From a virus: DNA of 64,000 nucleotides. The translations under genes and the position numbers were made by a program. The notes under the pieces are model-generated. The model ran no database searches. It was not told where the DNA came from and worked only from the letters and a program-made list of their open reading frames with translations. Positions 27,571 through 37,243 of this stretch are shown here, one piece after another (position 1 is the first letter of the stretch; each line of letters opens with the position of its first letter). Location: positions 11,143 to 75,142 of IMG/VR virus record IMGVR_UViG_3300044712_002165. One strand, given 5' to 3'.

Positions 27571-28264
27571 AGGAGCCCCATCCGCAGCCGTTGGATTGGC
27601 GTGAGTTCATGCGCCCTTCACCGAGGCCGTTTTGAAGACCCATGCGCCACAGCAAATTCGTCACGTCGTTGTGCGTAAACTGGTCCTGGTCCCATCCGAG
27701 AGTGACGACGGCTTCCCATCCGGGTTTCCACAGAGGGCGCGACTTGATGTCGAAAACTCCCGTAGCCAACCGGCCAGGGCCAAGGTGCTGTTCGGGCTCA
27801 CCTTTGGTAATCCGAACGAGCGGGGTATTGTCGAACATGTCGTAGCCATCGGCAATGCACCAGATCGACATTTTGGCCAGCGTCATTTTGTAATCAACCA
27901 GACGGCAAACAGAGATGATGCCGCAACGGATTGCAGTGGCGTTAAAGCCGTTCCAACCTTCGTTGGACACGTAGAGGGCGTCCTTCCAGAGCTGGTCAAA
28001 GTCCTTGGGAGCGCGTGAACCTTTCTTGGTCTTGGAAGTCGTTCCTTCGCGCTGTCTGCCCATGATTGCCTCCTGGGACTTGGTGCTGAACCGCTGAATG
28101 ACCAAAGGCGTGGTGCCTCGAATCGTGAACTGTGCGCGCACCATGTTCGGCGCATTGACCTGCACCTCTTTGGTGACGACTCGACTGGTTTCGTCCGGTG
28201 CGGGCGATCCGTTCGTCGCGGCTGATGTTCCGTTGTTGCGTGTCGGTTTGAGCGTTGCTTTCAT
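27536..28264 (-). CDS. Cas7/RAMP-like RNA-binding protein (Vipr-like)
   Basis: beta1 QFTIRGTTPLVIQ, GFNATAIRCGI (cf. RAMP iPgsslKG), and a C-terminal Gly-rich loop GLGEGRMNSRQSNGCGWGSFEV. Confidence 0.78.
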   Translation of the reverse strand: MKATLKPTRNNGTSAATNGSPAPDETSRVVTKEVQVNAPNMVRAQFTIRGTTPLVIQRFSTKSQEAIMGRQREGTTSKTKKGSRAPKDFDQLWKDALYVSNEGWNGFNATAIRCGIISVCRLVDYKMTLAKMSIWCIADGYDMFDNTPLVRITKGEPEQHLGPGRLATGVFDIKSRPLWKPGWEAVVTLGWDQDQFTHNDVTNLLWRMGLQNGLGEGRMNSRQSNGCGWGSFEVLLPNGQRF

Positions 28265-28290
28265 TGTGTTGTACTCTGGGGTACGGCGCA

Positions 28291-28363
28291 TACATTTTGT
28301 AAACGTTTACATTTTGTCAAACAGTTTTCTGCAATTGACGCATGCGCTGCTGAACCGTAACCT
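28291..28363. promoter_or_regulatory. divergent promoter region
   Basis: Minus strand: TTGACA (28315-28320) followed by the palindrome TGTAAACGTTTACA. Plus strand: TTGACG-N17-TAACCT. Confidence 0.55.
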
Positions 28364-28372
28364 TCCGACAGG

Positions 28373-29017
28373 GTGGAAACCAAAGCTCAGCAGATCGCGG
28401 AGATGCTTTTGGAGCACAGGCGCTACGAAGCGTTACGTCCGGCTACGCCGCTTACCGCAGCGCAGCTCCTGGAGATGCCGCAGCACTACCCGGGCAACGT
28501 CATCTATCAGTCCAAGCTCAAATTCGTGCCGATCTCGCGCCGGAATTTCGGCAGCCACATCGTGATCGGCCAGGACGGTTTCTACACCTACGTCGTCGAT
28601 CTTTCCCAGACGACGGGTTTCGTTTTCGTCAGCGCGGACATCGAGTCGGAGGCGCTCGAATTCGTCCCTGTCATGCAACTTCAGCTGCGCAAGTCGTCGC
28701 TTGACGGACTGCGCCAAGCCTTTCGCCTGCGTATACAGGAAGAGCATGCGCGCAAGGGCATCGCGACGACGTGGTACGTGTTGTTTGCTCAGACGTTCGG
28801 CGGTATCGTTTCCGACTTTGAGCACCTGGAAGGTGGCAAGAATTTGTGGCGTGCTTTTGTAGACAAAGCTGCGTACCGCGGACTGACGATTCACGCTGTT
28901 GACACTTTGACAGGTGAATCAGTTCCAGTAGGCCCGGAAACGTCGGATGATGCGATCTGGTCAACGGATCAGAGTAAGAGGAGTACCGTTTTGGTACTTC
29001 GCAGGTCAGCGCGTTAG
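28373..29017 (+). CDS. GNAT-like acetyltransferase
   Basis: IQEEHARKGIATTWY (R/QxxGxA acetyl-CoA motif), IVSD..H.EGGKNLW. Confidence 0.6.
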   Translation: METKAQQIAEMLLEHRRYEALRPATPLTAAQLLEMPQHYPGNVIYQSKLKFVPISRRNFGSHIVIGQDGFYTYVVDLSQTTGFVFVSADIESEALEFVPVMQLQLRKSSLDGLRQAFRLRIQEEHARKGIATTWYVLFAQTFGGIVSDFEHLEGGKNLWRAFVDKAAYRGLTIHAVDTLTGESVPVGPETSDDAIWSTDQSKRSTVLVLRRSAR

Positions 29018-29024
29018 GTAGTGC

Positions 29025-30383
29025 ATGCGCACTACGATTGACTCTCCCGCCATTGAGTCCGCTGAGTTGCCGTCTGGCCGTCGAGTATACGTAGCCGACG
29101 TTCCTGTACAGGAAAACCCTACAGACATCGAAGTCTGGGAACCCCAGCACGAGGTCTGGCTGGCTCCGAAGGGTGCCAGTACCGTACCGGGCAAAGGCAC
29201 TCAGTTCAACCCTCTGCGCGTCGGTACACCCCAAGAGTACGACGCTGTTTTCACGCGTCCGCTTGAAGCGATTCGCACGTCACCCAAGGTGTTTCGACTG
29301 TACCCTGGCGACTACTACACCCGCGGCGTCTGGGCGTTCGAGGCGCAGAACTACCACGCCATCGGTTCAGGCGAATCCTTGATCGGTTCAGGCAGCAGGC
29401 GAACAACGGTTCACCTGGACGCTGACAGCGCTCCCTTTACCACCAACGGTCAGCCTCGGCCGGACATCGGCGTCCTGTGGGTGGGAACGTACATGGGTCG
29501 GGCCGAGTACATGCGGGTTGAAGGTCTGTGCCTGCACGGTCACCAGGACAAGTTCCCGGCGGAGAAGCTGGTCACCTCAGGCGTGCGCGTCACGGGCAGC
29601 CATTTCGTCATCCGAGACGTGGGCGTACAAGGTCTGCGCGGCAGCGTGCCGGCGCAGTACGAAGCCTTCCCGATCTCGTCGATCAATTTCGAGGGCCTAC
29701 CGCTGACCAATCCTGCGGACGGCGGCGGTCTGATCGAGGACTGCTGGACGCGCAGCATGGCGGACAACTCGTACGTCAGCGCCATCAGCCTCGGGTTCCG
29801 TCCATGCGGTCGTCCAATCGTTCCCAGCGTCATCCAGCGCTGTCACGTGGACAGCGGACGCGGCAACTACTTCGGCTTCTCGGCGTGCCATTCGACCACG
29901 ATCCGCGACTCTTCCTGCCGCGGCGTGAAGCAGGCCGTGTACAACGACACAGACAGCGTCCAGGACCTGCTGGTCTACGACAATCAGTTCGAGACCGAGT
30001 ACGCCGGCATGTCGTTGATCGCTGTCGAAGCTTCGGCCGGCAAGAGCGTCGTGAAGGTTCAGCGCAACAGGTTCACGTTCGTGCCGACTGGCGCGTATGA
30101 TCTTCCAGCCATCGCCTTGGTTGATCAGGCAGGTGCGCGCATCAGCAACATCCTGGTCAGTGAAAACGTGTTCGTGGCACCGCCGTCGAATCGGTTTGCT
30201 TTGGCCAGCATCAAGGCAGCACAGCTGTTCAACGTGAAGATCGTAAACAATGTGATCTCTTCTGGAACCGTTTACAGGAACCTCGTTGATCCGACGCCGA
30301 AGACCAACGTTACTCTGGCGTCCAACCACGAGTACAACGGCGGCCTGGTAGGGATTTACCAGCCCTTGGCAATCGGTAGTTAG
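29025..30383 (+). CDS. right-handed beta-helix protein (tailspike/depolymerase-like)
   Basis: LYPGDY..LIGSG, repeated I.dc/N.F beta-helix rungs. Confidence 0.7.
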   Translation: MRTTIDSPAIESAELPSGRRVYVADVPVQENPTDIEVWEPQHEVWLAPKGASTVPGKGTQFNPLRVGTPQEYDAVFTRPLEAIRTSPKVFRLYPGDYYTRGVWAFEAQNYHAIGSGESLIGSGSRRTTVHLDADSAPFTTNGQPRPDIGVLWVGTYMGRAEYMRVEGLCLHGHQDKFPAEKLVTSGVRVTGSHFVIRDVGVQGLRGSVPAQYEAFPISSINFEGLPLTNPADGGGLIEDCWTRSMADNSYVSAISLGFRPCGRPIVPSVIQRCHVDSGRGNYFGFSACHSTTIRDSSCRGVKQAVYNDTDSVQDLLVYDNQFETEYAGMSLIAVEASAGKSVVKVQRNRFTFVPTGAYDLPAIALVDQAGARISNILVSENVFVAPPSNRFALASIKAAQLFNVKIVNNVISSGTVYRNLVDPTPKTNVTLASNHEYNGGLVGIYQPLAIGS

Positions 30384-30386
30384 GTC

Positions 30387-30686
30387 GTGGGCGAGATGAC
30401 TCCATGGGCTCTTGCCGGCCCCCGACAGCCTCAGCGTGTTCGACGCCGCGTGCAGTACAAGCGCGATCCCTACTGGTTCGCGTGGGCGTCGGTCACGCAA
30501 GGCACGAACCAGCTGCCAGTAATGATTCCGTCTACGGGACCTGGCGCAGCTGGATCGACGTTTCCAAACAACCAGCCGCAGGTTGAGCAGGTTGAAATCA
30601 CCGTTGAAGGCTTGCCTCCGACGACGTATGGCTCGAATATGGGTCGGCCGGCTGGACCAGGCGCGAATCTGCCGGGTGGTATATGA
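30387..30686 (+). CDS. hypothetical late protein
   Basis: GTG 4 nt after TAGTTA. Confidence 0.55.
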   Translation: MGEMTPWALAGPRQPQRVRRRVQYKRDPYWFAWASVTQGTNQLPVMIPSTGPGAAGSTFPNNQPQVEQVEITVEGLPPTTYGSNMGRPAGPGANLPGGI

Positions 30687-31102
30687 TGCCTCCATCTGAA
30701 CTGCTCGTTGCCTGTCTTCTTGAGAGCGAAGGACAGCTTGTCAGCGTCGTCTTGAGCCCGGAAAGCCAGCGGCGTCTCCTCGACCGATTCCCACCTGTCC
30801 ATTCGGACGTGAAGGCGCACCACATGACGGTCGCCTACAAACCGGCGCAGCTTGATCGGTACGTGAACATGGTCGGCAAGCAGGTCGAGCTGAGCGTCAT
30901 CGGCTACAGCGCGGATGAACGCGGTCAGGCTGTCCTGGTCATGGGGCCGAGCGAGAACATGCACCCGCACGTGACGATCTCGGTCGCTCCAGGCACGGAA
31001 GCCGTGTACAGCAACGAGCTGCTCAAGCAAGGCTGGGAGCCTGTACGGCCGAAATTGGCGCTCGACGGAGTGCTGACCATCGAAAACCTGGATCGTACGT
31101 AG
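30683..31102 (+). CDS. 2H phosphoesterase
   Basis: Two HxT motifs: HHMTVAY and HPHVTIS. Confidence 0.8.
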   Translation: MMPPSELLVACLLESEGQLVSVVLSPESQRRLLDRFPPVHSDVKAHHMTVAYKPAQLDRYVNMVGKQVELSVIGYSADERGQAVLVMGPSENMHPHVTISVAPGTEAVYSNELLKQGWEPVRPKLALDGVLTIENLDRT

Positions 31103-31120
31103 TTACGGAAAGGAACTGCC

Positions 31121-31363
31121 ATGCCCGACGCCATCAAACTCGACTTCGATCCCAACGCCCGTTACGACACAGGCCCCAACGCGGCCGGCTGTGGACGCGC
31201 CTCCGGCCAGGCAACGCTCAACGGCGGTGCCAGCAAGGGCCTCGACACCGACGGTGTCCTGTACTCGTCCCATCTTCGCACCGGACTGAACGCTGCCGGA
31301 GTGGCCCGCAACAATCCCGGACCCAACGTTGCCGGCGCTCCGCGCTCGTACAACCAGACCTGA
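31121..31363 (+). CDS. small Gly/Asn-rich late protein
   Basis: TAGTTA at 31100, AAGGA Shine-Dalgarno, terminator downstream. Confidence 0.6.
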   Translation: MPDAIKLDFDPNARYDTGPNAAGCGRASGQATLNGGASKGLDTDGVLYSSHLRTGLNAAGVARNNPGPNVAGAPRSYNQT

Positions 31364-31403
31364 TCTCCTCTCGCTCAGTGCTGCTCCCAGTCGGGTCGTC
31401 ATG

Positions 31404-31438
31404 ACGCGGTCTACTTCACGGTAGACCGCGTTTTGTTT
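31404..31438 (+). terminator. intrinsic terminator
   Basis: ACGCGGTCTAC-TTCACG-GTAGACCGCGT followed by TTTGTTT. Confidence 0.8.
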
Positions 31439-33389
31439 ACAGCCAGGCGATAGTGGACTTGCAGTCCTCTCCTTCTCCGCTCTTCTCGACCTGTAGAAAA
31501 TACTCGGCGTAGTTGTTTACGGCCGGGTTGTGATCGACGATGAAGATCAGGATTTTTCGCTCCTGGGCCACGTTGCGAAGGTACGAGTAGAGGCTCTGGC
31601 AGACAACCGCGTCCTGATGAGGCACGATCTCGTCGTAGTAGCGAAACCCGACCCGGTTGGCCACCTGACCGACTTCTCCGAGCGTCTCGGCAATGATGAA
31701 GTTGGTCAGCCCGCCCTCACCCTTTGAGTTGAGGCGCGCATCCGCGCTGCCGAGCGCGTTGTCCACGACCACGTTGAGCTTTGGGCGAGCCTCACCTTCC
31801 ACCAGAATGCGCTGCGTGCTGAACTGCACGCGCAAAGTGCCGCCGGTCATCAGCGCGGAAATGCGCCGAGCCTCCTGGTTCAGTGGCCCGAGTGAATCTT
31901 CGAGGACTTTGTTGGGAATGCCCGTAGGGCTGAACGCAGTGCACCAGTAGCCAACCAAGTCCTGGGCCTGCTTTGCTTCTATGACCGCGTGCGCCGCCTC
32001 GGCCAGCTTCGTCTCTGCTTCCTCCTGGGCGCGCCTCCGCTCTTCCAAGACAGCTTCCGCCTTGCGAAGCGCTTCGTCGTTTGCACCTGGGCCTGCCTGG
32101 GCTATTTCCAGCTGAGTGCGGTGAATCGCGTCGGCCGCGGCGCGGATAGTGCGCTCAAGTCCTCTGTACTCTTCGTTCAGTTTGTTTACGGCATGAGCGC
32201 TTCCATTGTCGCGCAGCGCTTTGACTTTTTTCTGCTCGTCCTCGCGAAGCGCGACGAGGTTGTCCTCATGCTCCCTGTACGCCTGCTGGGCGCTGGTATG
32301 CTTGCGAAACGCCGTGTCACGCGCTGCCTTGGCTTTGGCCAGGTCTTCCGGGTTGGCTGCGTCGTCCATCGGGCGTTGGCACGTCGGGCATTGTGCCGGC
32401 CGGTTGGCCATCGTCCTGTATGCCTGATCCGCCAGGGCGTAGGCGCTGCTCGCCTTTTCCTTCGCGTCAACGAGAGCCTGCCTGGCGCTCTCAGCTTCGC
32501 GTATGGTGTCGCGAACGCTGTTCAGCTCGATTTCGAGAGCATGCTGGCGTTCGGCCGCGCTCTCTTCGAGCTTCTTCATTTCGCGCTCGATGGCCGTCTT
32601 GCGTGCAGTCGCCGTGTCGATGGCCGTCTGGTGCGCCTTGAGCGTTTCCTGCTTTTGGCTGATGCGCGCCTTGTGCTCTCGAATCTGTTTTTCGTAAACA
32701 GCTTTCGCAGCGGAGACGGCTTCATTCGCCGAGTACACACTTTCCTGCGCCTGGACTACAGCGTTCTGCGCGCTGTCGTGCTTGCCCTGCTCAGTCGCGA
32801 CATCTCGCCGGCACTGCTGGTAGGTTTTCTTGGCGTTTTCGTGATACATGTTCCAGGGCGGCTGCTTCAGAGCGGACATCACAAGGTTCACTGAATCATT
32901 CTGGGCCAAGGCGTGAAAATTCATGTGCTGGCCGTCTACAAAAACGGTCCATGCCGCCAAATCGGCCGTCATGCCTAGTAGGGCGTCCAGGTCATCACGC
33001 GTTTGCGTGATCTTGCCGCGCTCAACCTGTTTGCCGTCGTAGCTGAAGCGAAGGCCCTCGCCGGTCGTGCTGATTTCCTTGCACCGATACCCAGCTTCGA
33101 TGATCAACGGCTTACCGTGATAGGTCGCGCTGACCTTGACGTAAGTGTTGCCCTTCTGATCGCGACTGGCGTCCTTGAGGTTGCCGAAACGGGTGCGCAC
33201 TCCGAACATGCAGCGTCCCAGGGCTTCGCCAAAAGCGGTCTTGCCGGAACCGACGCTCATGAGCTTGCCGTTTGAGGCTCGGTTGACGCCGCTGACGACA
33301 ACCAACCCGTACTCCGGAAACTGAACGTGGGCGCTCTCGAATTTTGCCCAGTTCCGCATCACAATTCCGTTCAGCTGTAGTTCGCTCAT
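31437..33389 (-). CDS. SbcC/Rad50-like ATPase (T4 gp46-like)
   Basis: Walker A GSGKT, coiled coil with CPTC zinc hook, signature SKGE, Walker B YYDE, H-loop VDH. Confidence 0.9.
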   Translation of the reverse strand: MSELQLNGIVMRNWAKFESAHVQFPEYGLVVVSGVNRASNGKLMSVGSGKTAFGEALGRCMFGVRTRFGNLKDASRDQKGNTYVKVSATYHGKPLIIEAGYRCKEISTTGEGLRFSYDGKQVERGKITQTRDDLDALLGMTADLAAWTVFVDGQHMNFHALAQNDSVNLVMSALKQPPWNMYHENAKKTYQQCRRDVATEQGKHDSAQNAVVQAQESVYSANEAVSAAKAVYEKQIREHKARISQKQETLKAHQTAIDTATARKTAIEREMKKLEESAAERQHALEIELNSVRDTIREAESARQALVDAKEKASSAYALADQAYRTMANRPAQCPTCQRPMDDAANPEDLAKAKAARDTAFRKHTSAQQAYREHEDNLVALREDEQKKVKALRDNGSAHAVNKLNEEYRGLERTIRAAADAIHRTQLEIAQAGPGANDEALRKAEAVLEERRRAQEEAETKLAEAAHAVIEAKQAQDLVGYWCTAFSPTGIPNKVLEDSLGPLNQEARRISALMTGGTLRVQFSTQRILVEGEARPKLNVVVDNALGSADARLNSKGEGGLTNFIIAETLGEVGQVANRVGFRYYDEIVPHQDAVVCQSLYSYLRNVAQERKILIFIVDHNPAVNNYAEYFLQVEKSGEGEDCKSTIAWL

Positions 33390-33415
33390 ACCCAAACAGA
33401 ACGCGTAGTTACTGC

Positions 33416-34039
33416 GTGTGGACGGCAGAACGCATCGCGCACGCTCTTCTTGAATCAAACCCCGTGAAGGGGCGCGCTGTCGCGTTCGGTCCTGGCCTAC
33501 CAGAACACGGTTTTCTGGCGACCACGCACACGATCTCCGATTTTCTCGTCGAGCGCGGCGTTGCCAGGGATCGAGCCGACGTGCTCAAGCGCTTCACGAT
33601 TTTCTTCGTGAACAACAACGTCGAGCTGGCGCTGGCTGGAAATCCGAAAAACAGGTTCAGCCAGGATCAGCTGAAGACACTGGAATTTGCGCTTGGCTTT
33701 GAAGGCGTGGAAAATGTTTACGGACCAAACAACACGATCATCCCTGTGGCTTCGCTGTTCGTAGACAAAAAGACGGCGAAGCCTACGAAGGTGAAGGGTC
33801 CGTACACTGGAATTCAATTTGATCTGACGGCGCTTCCTCCCAAGATTGTTTCGGTCGCTGGGCCGGCATATCGTGCAAACCTGCGACCCGGTGACCAGAT
33901 CACGCACGTTGCTGGAGAAAACGTCGCTGAAGAAGGCGCTCTGGTTGATGCGCTGAACAAGCTCAAGTCCAGCAGACCCGCCGAACTTGTCGTGCGCAGG
34001 CGCGGAACACCTTATCGTACCCGGTTGATCCCGGCCTGA
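33416..34039 (+). CDS. PDZ-domain protein
   Basis: YTGIQF..IVSV.GPAYRANLRPGDQITHVAG..ELVVRR. Confidence 0.75.
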   Translation: MWTAERIAHALLESNPVKGRAVAFGPGLPEHGFLATTHTISDFLVERGVARDRADVLKRFTIFFVNNNVELALAGNPKNRFSQDQLKTLEFALGFEGVENVYGPNNTIIPVASLFVDKKTAKPTKVKGPYTGIQFDLTALPPKIVSVAGPAYRANLRPGDQITHVAGENVAEEGALVDALNKLKSSRPAELVVRRRGTPYRTRLIPA

Positions 34040-34042
34040 CGT

Positions 34043-35452
34043 ATGCCCAGGCTTACTTTCGACAGACTGTTTCAGGTGAGCGACCCGAAGCGCGTCACGC
34101 GCTCGTTCGACGTGAAGGGTCCGCCGCTGGACATCGACGCTTACCGGGACTCAGTCTACTACGCGTTCAACTTCAAGTCGCACATCACCAACACGACGGG
34201 TTTGCGCCATCGTGGCTACGTGAAGTTCTTTCGGCCGCGTAGCAACGTTCCGACCCCTCTTCAGCACCTTCCGTGCATCGTTGACTGCACGTGCCCCGAT
34301 TACCGCTACCGGTGGGCCTGGGCCAACAAGCAGCGCGGTTCCGGCGTTGTTGGCCCGCGCAGCATGAATCAGTCGCTGAATCGTGCTCCGCGCATCACCA
34401 ATCCACAGGCGCGTCCTGGACTTTGTAAACACATTCTCGCTGTCCGGGACTACATCTACGGCCTACTCAGCAGGTTTGAGGGTGACGAGCCCGATACTTC
34501 TTACAAGCTCGACAAACTGCTGAAGTACGCCAGCAAGCGCTGGGCTGATTTTCCTGGCCAGATGGCCGCAGCACGCGAGCGTGAAGCTTTGTTCCGCAGG
34601 AATGCGCAGCGACGCAACGTGGCCGGTCCTCCGCCAGTTCCTGCTCCCGAGCCCGCCGCACCCGCAGAGGTGCCGGGTGAGGCTCCTGAATTGCCGCCTG
34701 AAGTAGAGCTGCCTGTTCCGCCCGTACCGCAGCAGCCACAGGCACAGCCTCCGTTGGCCGTTCCTCCGGAGGAGCGTCGTAGACAACGTGAGTGGCCTGG
34801 TCAACCGCCAGTTCCCTCGCTTCCTGCTGGTCCACAAAAAGCGAAAAGCAGAGTGGCCACAGGCGGATACGACACTGAGGCGGAGAGACGGTTTAACCGG
34901 TACGGCGAAAGTGCGAACGTAGTTATCGCGAACAGTGGACCTGACATGAACGACCTCCAAAACGCCATCAAGCTGGTTGAGGAGCTGGCGGATGAAACCG
35001 AGCAGATGATCACGCTCGACGCACCTGATGCCGTCGGAGACGATGCGATCTCTGGTGCGGTTGCGTCTCCAGACCTTCCGCCAAGCGAACCCCCGATCAG
35101 TGACACCGCGCTCGGTGCTGACACCGAAGGTGAAACGGCTCTGAGCCTGTTGAGCCAGATGCGCGACAGTCTCCAGCAGTTGGCGCAAGCTCTCGCGCCG
35201 GCTCCTGAGCTGGAACCTGGCGCAGAAGGTGGCGCAGGTCCTGGCGCAGGTGGCGCACTGCCCGCGGAAATTTCCGGAGGCGAGGACGACCTCGGAGTTC
35301 CGGACCTCGCCGACGATGCTTTTGGTGCCGAGGAGGGCGCTGGTGGTGAAGGCGAGAGCGAAGCCGAGGGCGGTGAAGAGGGCGGTGAGGAAGCCGAGGA
35401 CGACGACGAAGAGGACGAAGGTTCCAATCGGCGTCCTGTGGGCGAGGAGTAA
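34043..35452 (+). CDS. SWIM Zn-finger protein with Pro-rich and acidic C-terminus
   Basis: VDCTCPDYRYRW..PGLCKHILAV. Confidence 0.75.
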   Translation: MPRLTFDRLFQVSDPKRVTRSFDVKGPPLDIDAYRDSVYYAFNFKSHITNTTGLRHRGYVKFFRPRSNVPTPLQHLPCIVDCTCPDYRYRWAWANKQRGSGVVGPRSMNQSLNRAPRITNPQARPGLCKHILAVRDYIYGLLSRFEGDEPDTSYKLDKLLKYASKRWADFPGQMAAAREREALFRRNAQRRNVAGPPPVPAPEPAAPAEVPGEAPELPPEVELPVPPVPQQPQAQPPLAVPPEERRRQREWPGQPPVPSLPAGPQKAKSRVATGGYDTEAERRFNRYGESANVVIANSGPDMNDLQNAIKLVEELADETEQMITLDAPDAVGDDAISGAVASPDLPPSEPPISDTALGADTEGETALSLLSQMRDSLQQLAQALAPAPELEPGAEGGAGPGAGGALPAEISGGEDDLGVPDLADDAFGAEEGAGGEGESEAEGGEEGGEEAEDDDEEDEGSNRRPVGEE

Positions 35453-35481
35453 ACGGCAACGCGTAGCCAACGACTAGACCC

Positions 35482-35931
35482 ATGAACGCAGGCGAATATC
35501 CACAGCCTCTGGTCCGCAAGACCGTTGTTCAGTGCCCGGTCGTGTCTGGTTACGTGGCGGCTCGGCTTTACTCCCAGAGCTTCGTTGCTCCAACGATTTC
35601 GGGCGCAAATACGACGGCACTGGCGGTGTTCGAGAACGTTGGCAACACGCAATTCAGCGTGCTGCTGCGTGAGACGGACGACCGGTCCTCGTCGGGTGTT
35701 CGGTACAACCTGACATCGGCAGTGTCCCTGGCCCCTGGCGGTCAGGACACGAAGACGTTTGTCGGGCGGCGACCGTACCTCGAAGTCTACTGCACTGGAA
35801 CGACGACAGGTCAGCTGCGGCTTCAGATCGACTCGCAGCGCACCTGGAATCAGCTCGGGTTCGACCGAACCGATCCGTACTACCCGGCACGGCTGTATCA
35901 GGGCAAGACAAGCCCAGGTGCCATCACCTGA
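35482..35931 (+). CDS. virion structural protein (beta-sandwich)
   Basis: FENVGNT..SLAPGG, similar to 62722-63213. Confidence 0.55.
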   Translation: MNAGEYPQPLVRKTVVQCPVVSGYVAARLYSQSFVAPTISGANTTALAVFENVGNTQFSVLLRETDDRSSSGVRYNLTSAVSLAPGGQDTKTFVGRRPYLEVYCTGTTTGQLRLQIDSQRTWNQLGFDRTDPYYPARLYQGKTSPGAIT

Positions 35932-35935
35932 GCCC

Positions 35936-37240
35936 TTACGCAGGTCCTCTGTTTGCGTCCGACAGGATCGTGAAGGTCCTGTCGGACGTTTGCTTTCCGG
36001 CACCGCTGCGCGTCTGGCTGCTCGTCACGGCAGGAATGTTTACGTCCTGTCCAGGTGCTTCCAGGACAGGGATGAGCTTGTTCTCGTCTCCAACCGTCGT
36101 TTGGACGACAGGAAGTCGCCCGGTTTCTCCGCGCTGAAGAGCCAAAGCCGTCGTAGCACGTCCGTTTACAATGCTGACGGATGTTCTGCTCACCAGATAA
36201 AATCCAGAAGCCGCTTCGCTGCGACTCGATGGTGTGATGTCGATGTTGAGCAGGCAGCCAGCCCGAATGTTTGTCATCCGGGGCAGCGTAAAATCAGCCC
36301 TGAAAGCGCTGATGCGCGCTAAATCGTAAACAGATTGCGCGATAGCGACGCACTCCTTGTCGCCGTTTGCTCCAGAGTGATACGGCACATTGTACTGGCT
36401 CTGCGCGACGTTGAGGTTGTGCGCGACGGTGGCGTACCTTAGTGCTTTCGACGGATCGCTGCTGATCTCGTTGGAATTTCCAGTGTACGGATCGTACCGG
36501 ACAATGCGCGTTCCGCCAATGCCGCCTTCGTAGAGCTTCTGCGTGTGGTCTACGAGCGCCAGATTCAGCCCTCCGGCGTTGTAGTAGTTGGCGTAAAGCG
36601 GGCGTGTGCTGTAGTCGGGCGTGTGGAAGTGCAGCGCATCGTCCTGGTAGAAAAACAGGTAGTTGCCGAAGCCCTTTTTGTTTACGGACCTTCGCAACAG
36701 GCGCTGCATGACGAATTCCGTGTCGCCCTCGAACGCCTGATAGTAGACGCCTTCGGTGTCTGTCTCCTCGATAACCGTGTTCTCGATGCCGTTTTCGCTG
36801 GCGATCTGAGCAACGATGCTGCTGATCTTTCCCTTTCGGCAGACGACCTTGGATTGCCTGTTCCAGGCGTAGAGCGGGTCGTTGGAAACGATGTGCAGAA
36901 TGTGGCCCGCGGCTTCTCCAACGCCAACGGGTAGCGCAGAAAACGACGTGAGAAGGTGCTGAGACCACGGCATCCAGTTCGTCGTTTTTTCAGCATTGAT
37001 GCCGTACCGAAAGCGCACGATAGGCGTCGGCTGTGCCAGCGTCAGCCTCAGGATGCTGTCCACGATGTCGAGCCGCTGCGTGATGAACTGATGCTCGAAA
37101 AGCGCAGGCTCGAAAACGGATTCGGTCAGCGTGCTCGATTTGTGCGCAGCCACGGAGGCGTCGAGGACGATAGGCTTGTCGTCCGTGCTGAATTGGAATT
37201 GGACGACAACAACGCCGTCGTAAAAGCTGGCTGCATCCAT
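35936..37240 (-). CDS. baseplate hub protein (GpD/gp27-like)
   Basis: KISSIVAQIASENG..QAFEGDTEF..LHFH..IRAG..GFYLV. Confidence 0.7.
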   Translation of the reverse strand: MDAASFYDGVVVVQFQFSTDDKPIVLDASVAAHKSSTLTESVFEPALFEHQFITQRLDIVDSILRLTLAQPTPIVRFRYGINAEKTTNWMPWSQHLLTSFSALPVGVGEAAGHILHIVSNDPLYAWNRQSKVVCRKGKISSIVAQIASENGIENTVIEETDTEGVYYQAFEGDTEFVMQRLLRRSVNKKGFGNYLFFYQDDALHFHTPDYSTRPLYANYYNAGGLNLALVDHTQKLYEGGIGGTRIVRYDPYTGNSNEISSDPSKALRYATVAHNLNVAQSQYNVPYHSGANGDKECVAIAQSVYDLARISAFRADFTLPRMTNIRAGCLLNIDITPSSRSEAASGFYLVSRTSVSIVNGRATTALALQRGETGRLPVVQTTVGDENKLIPVLEAPGQDVNIPAVTSSQTRSGAGKQTSDRTFTILSDANRGPA

Positions 37241-37243
37241 AGG

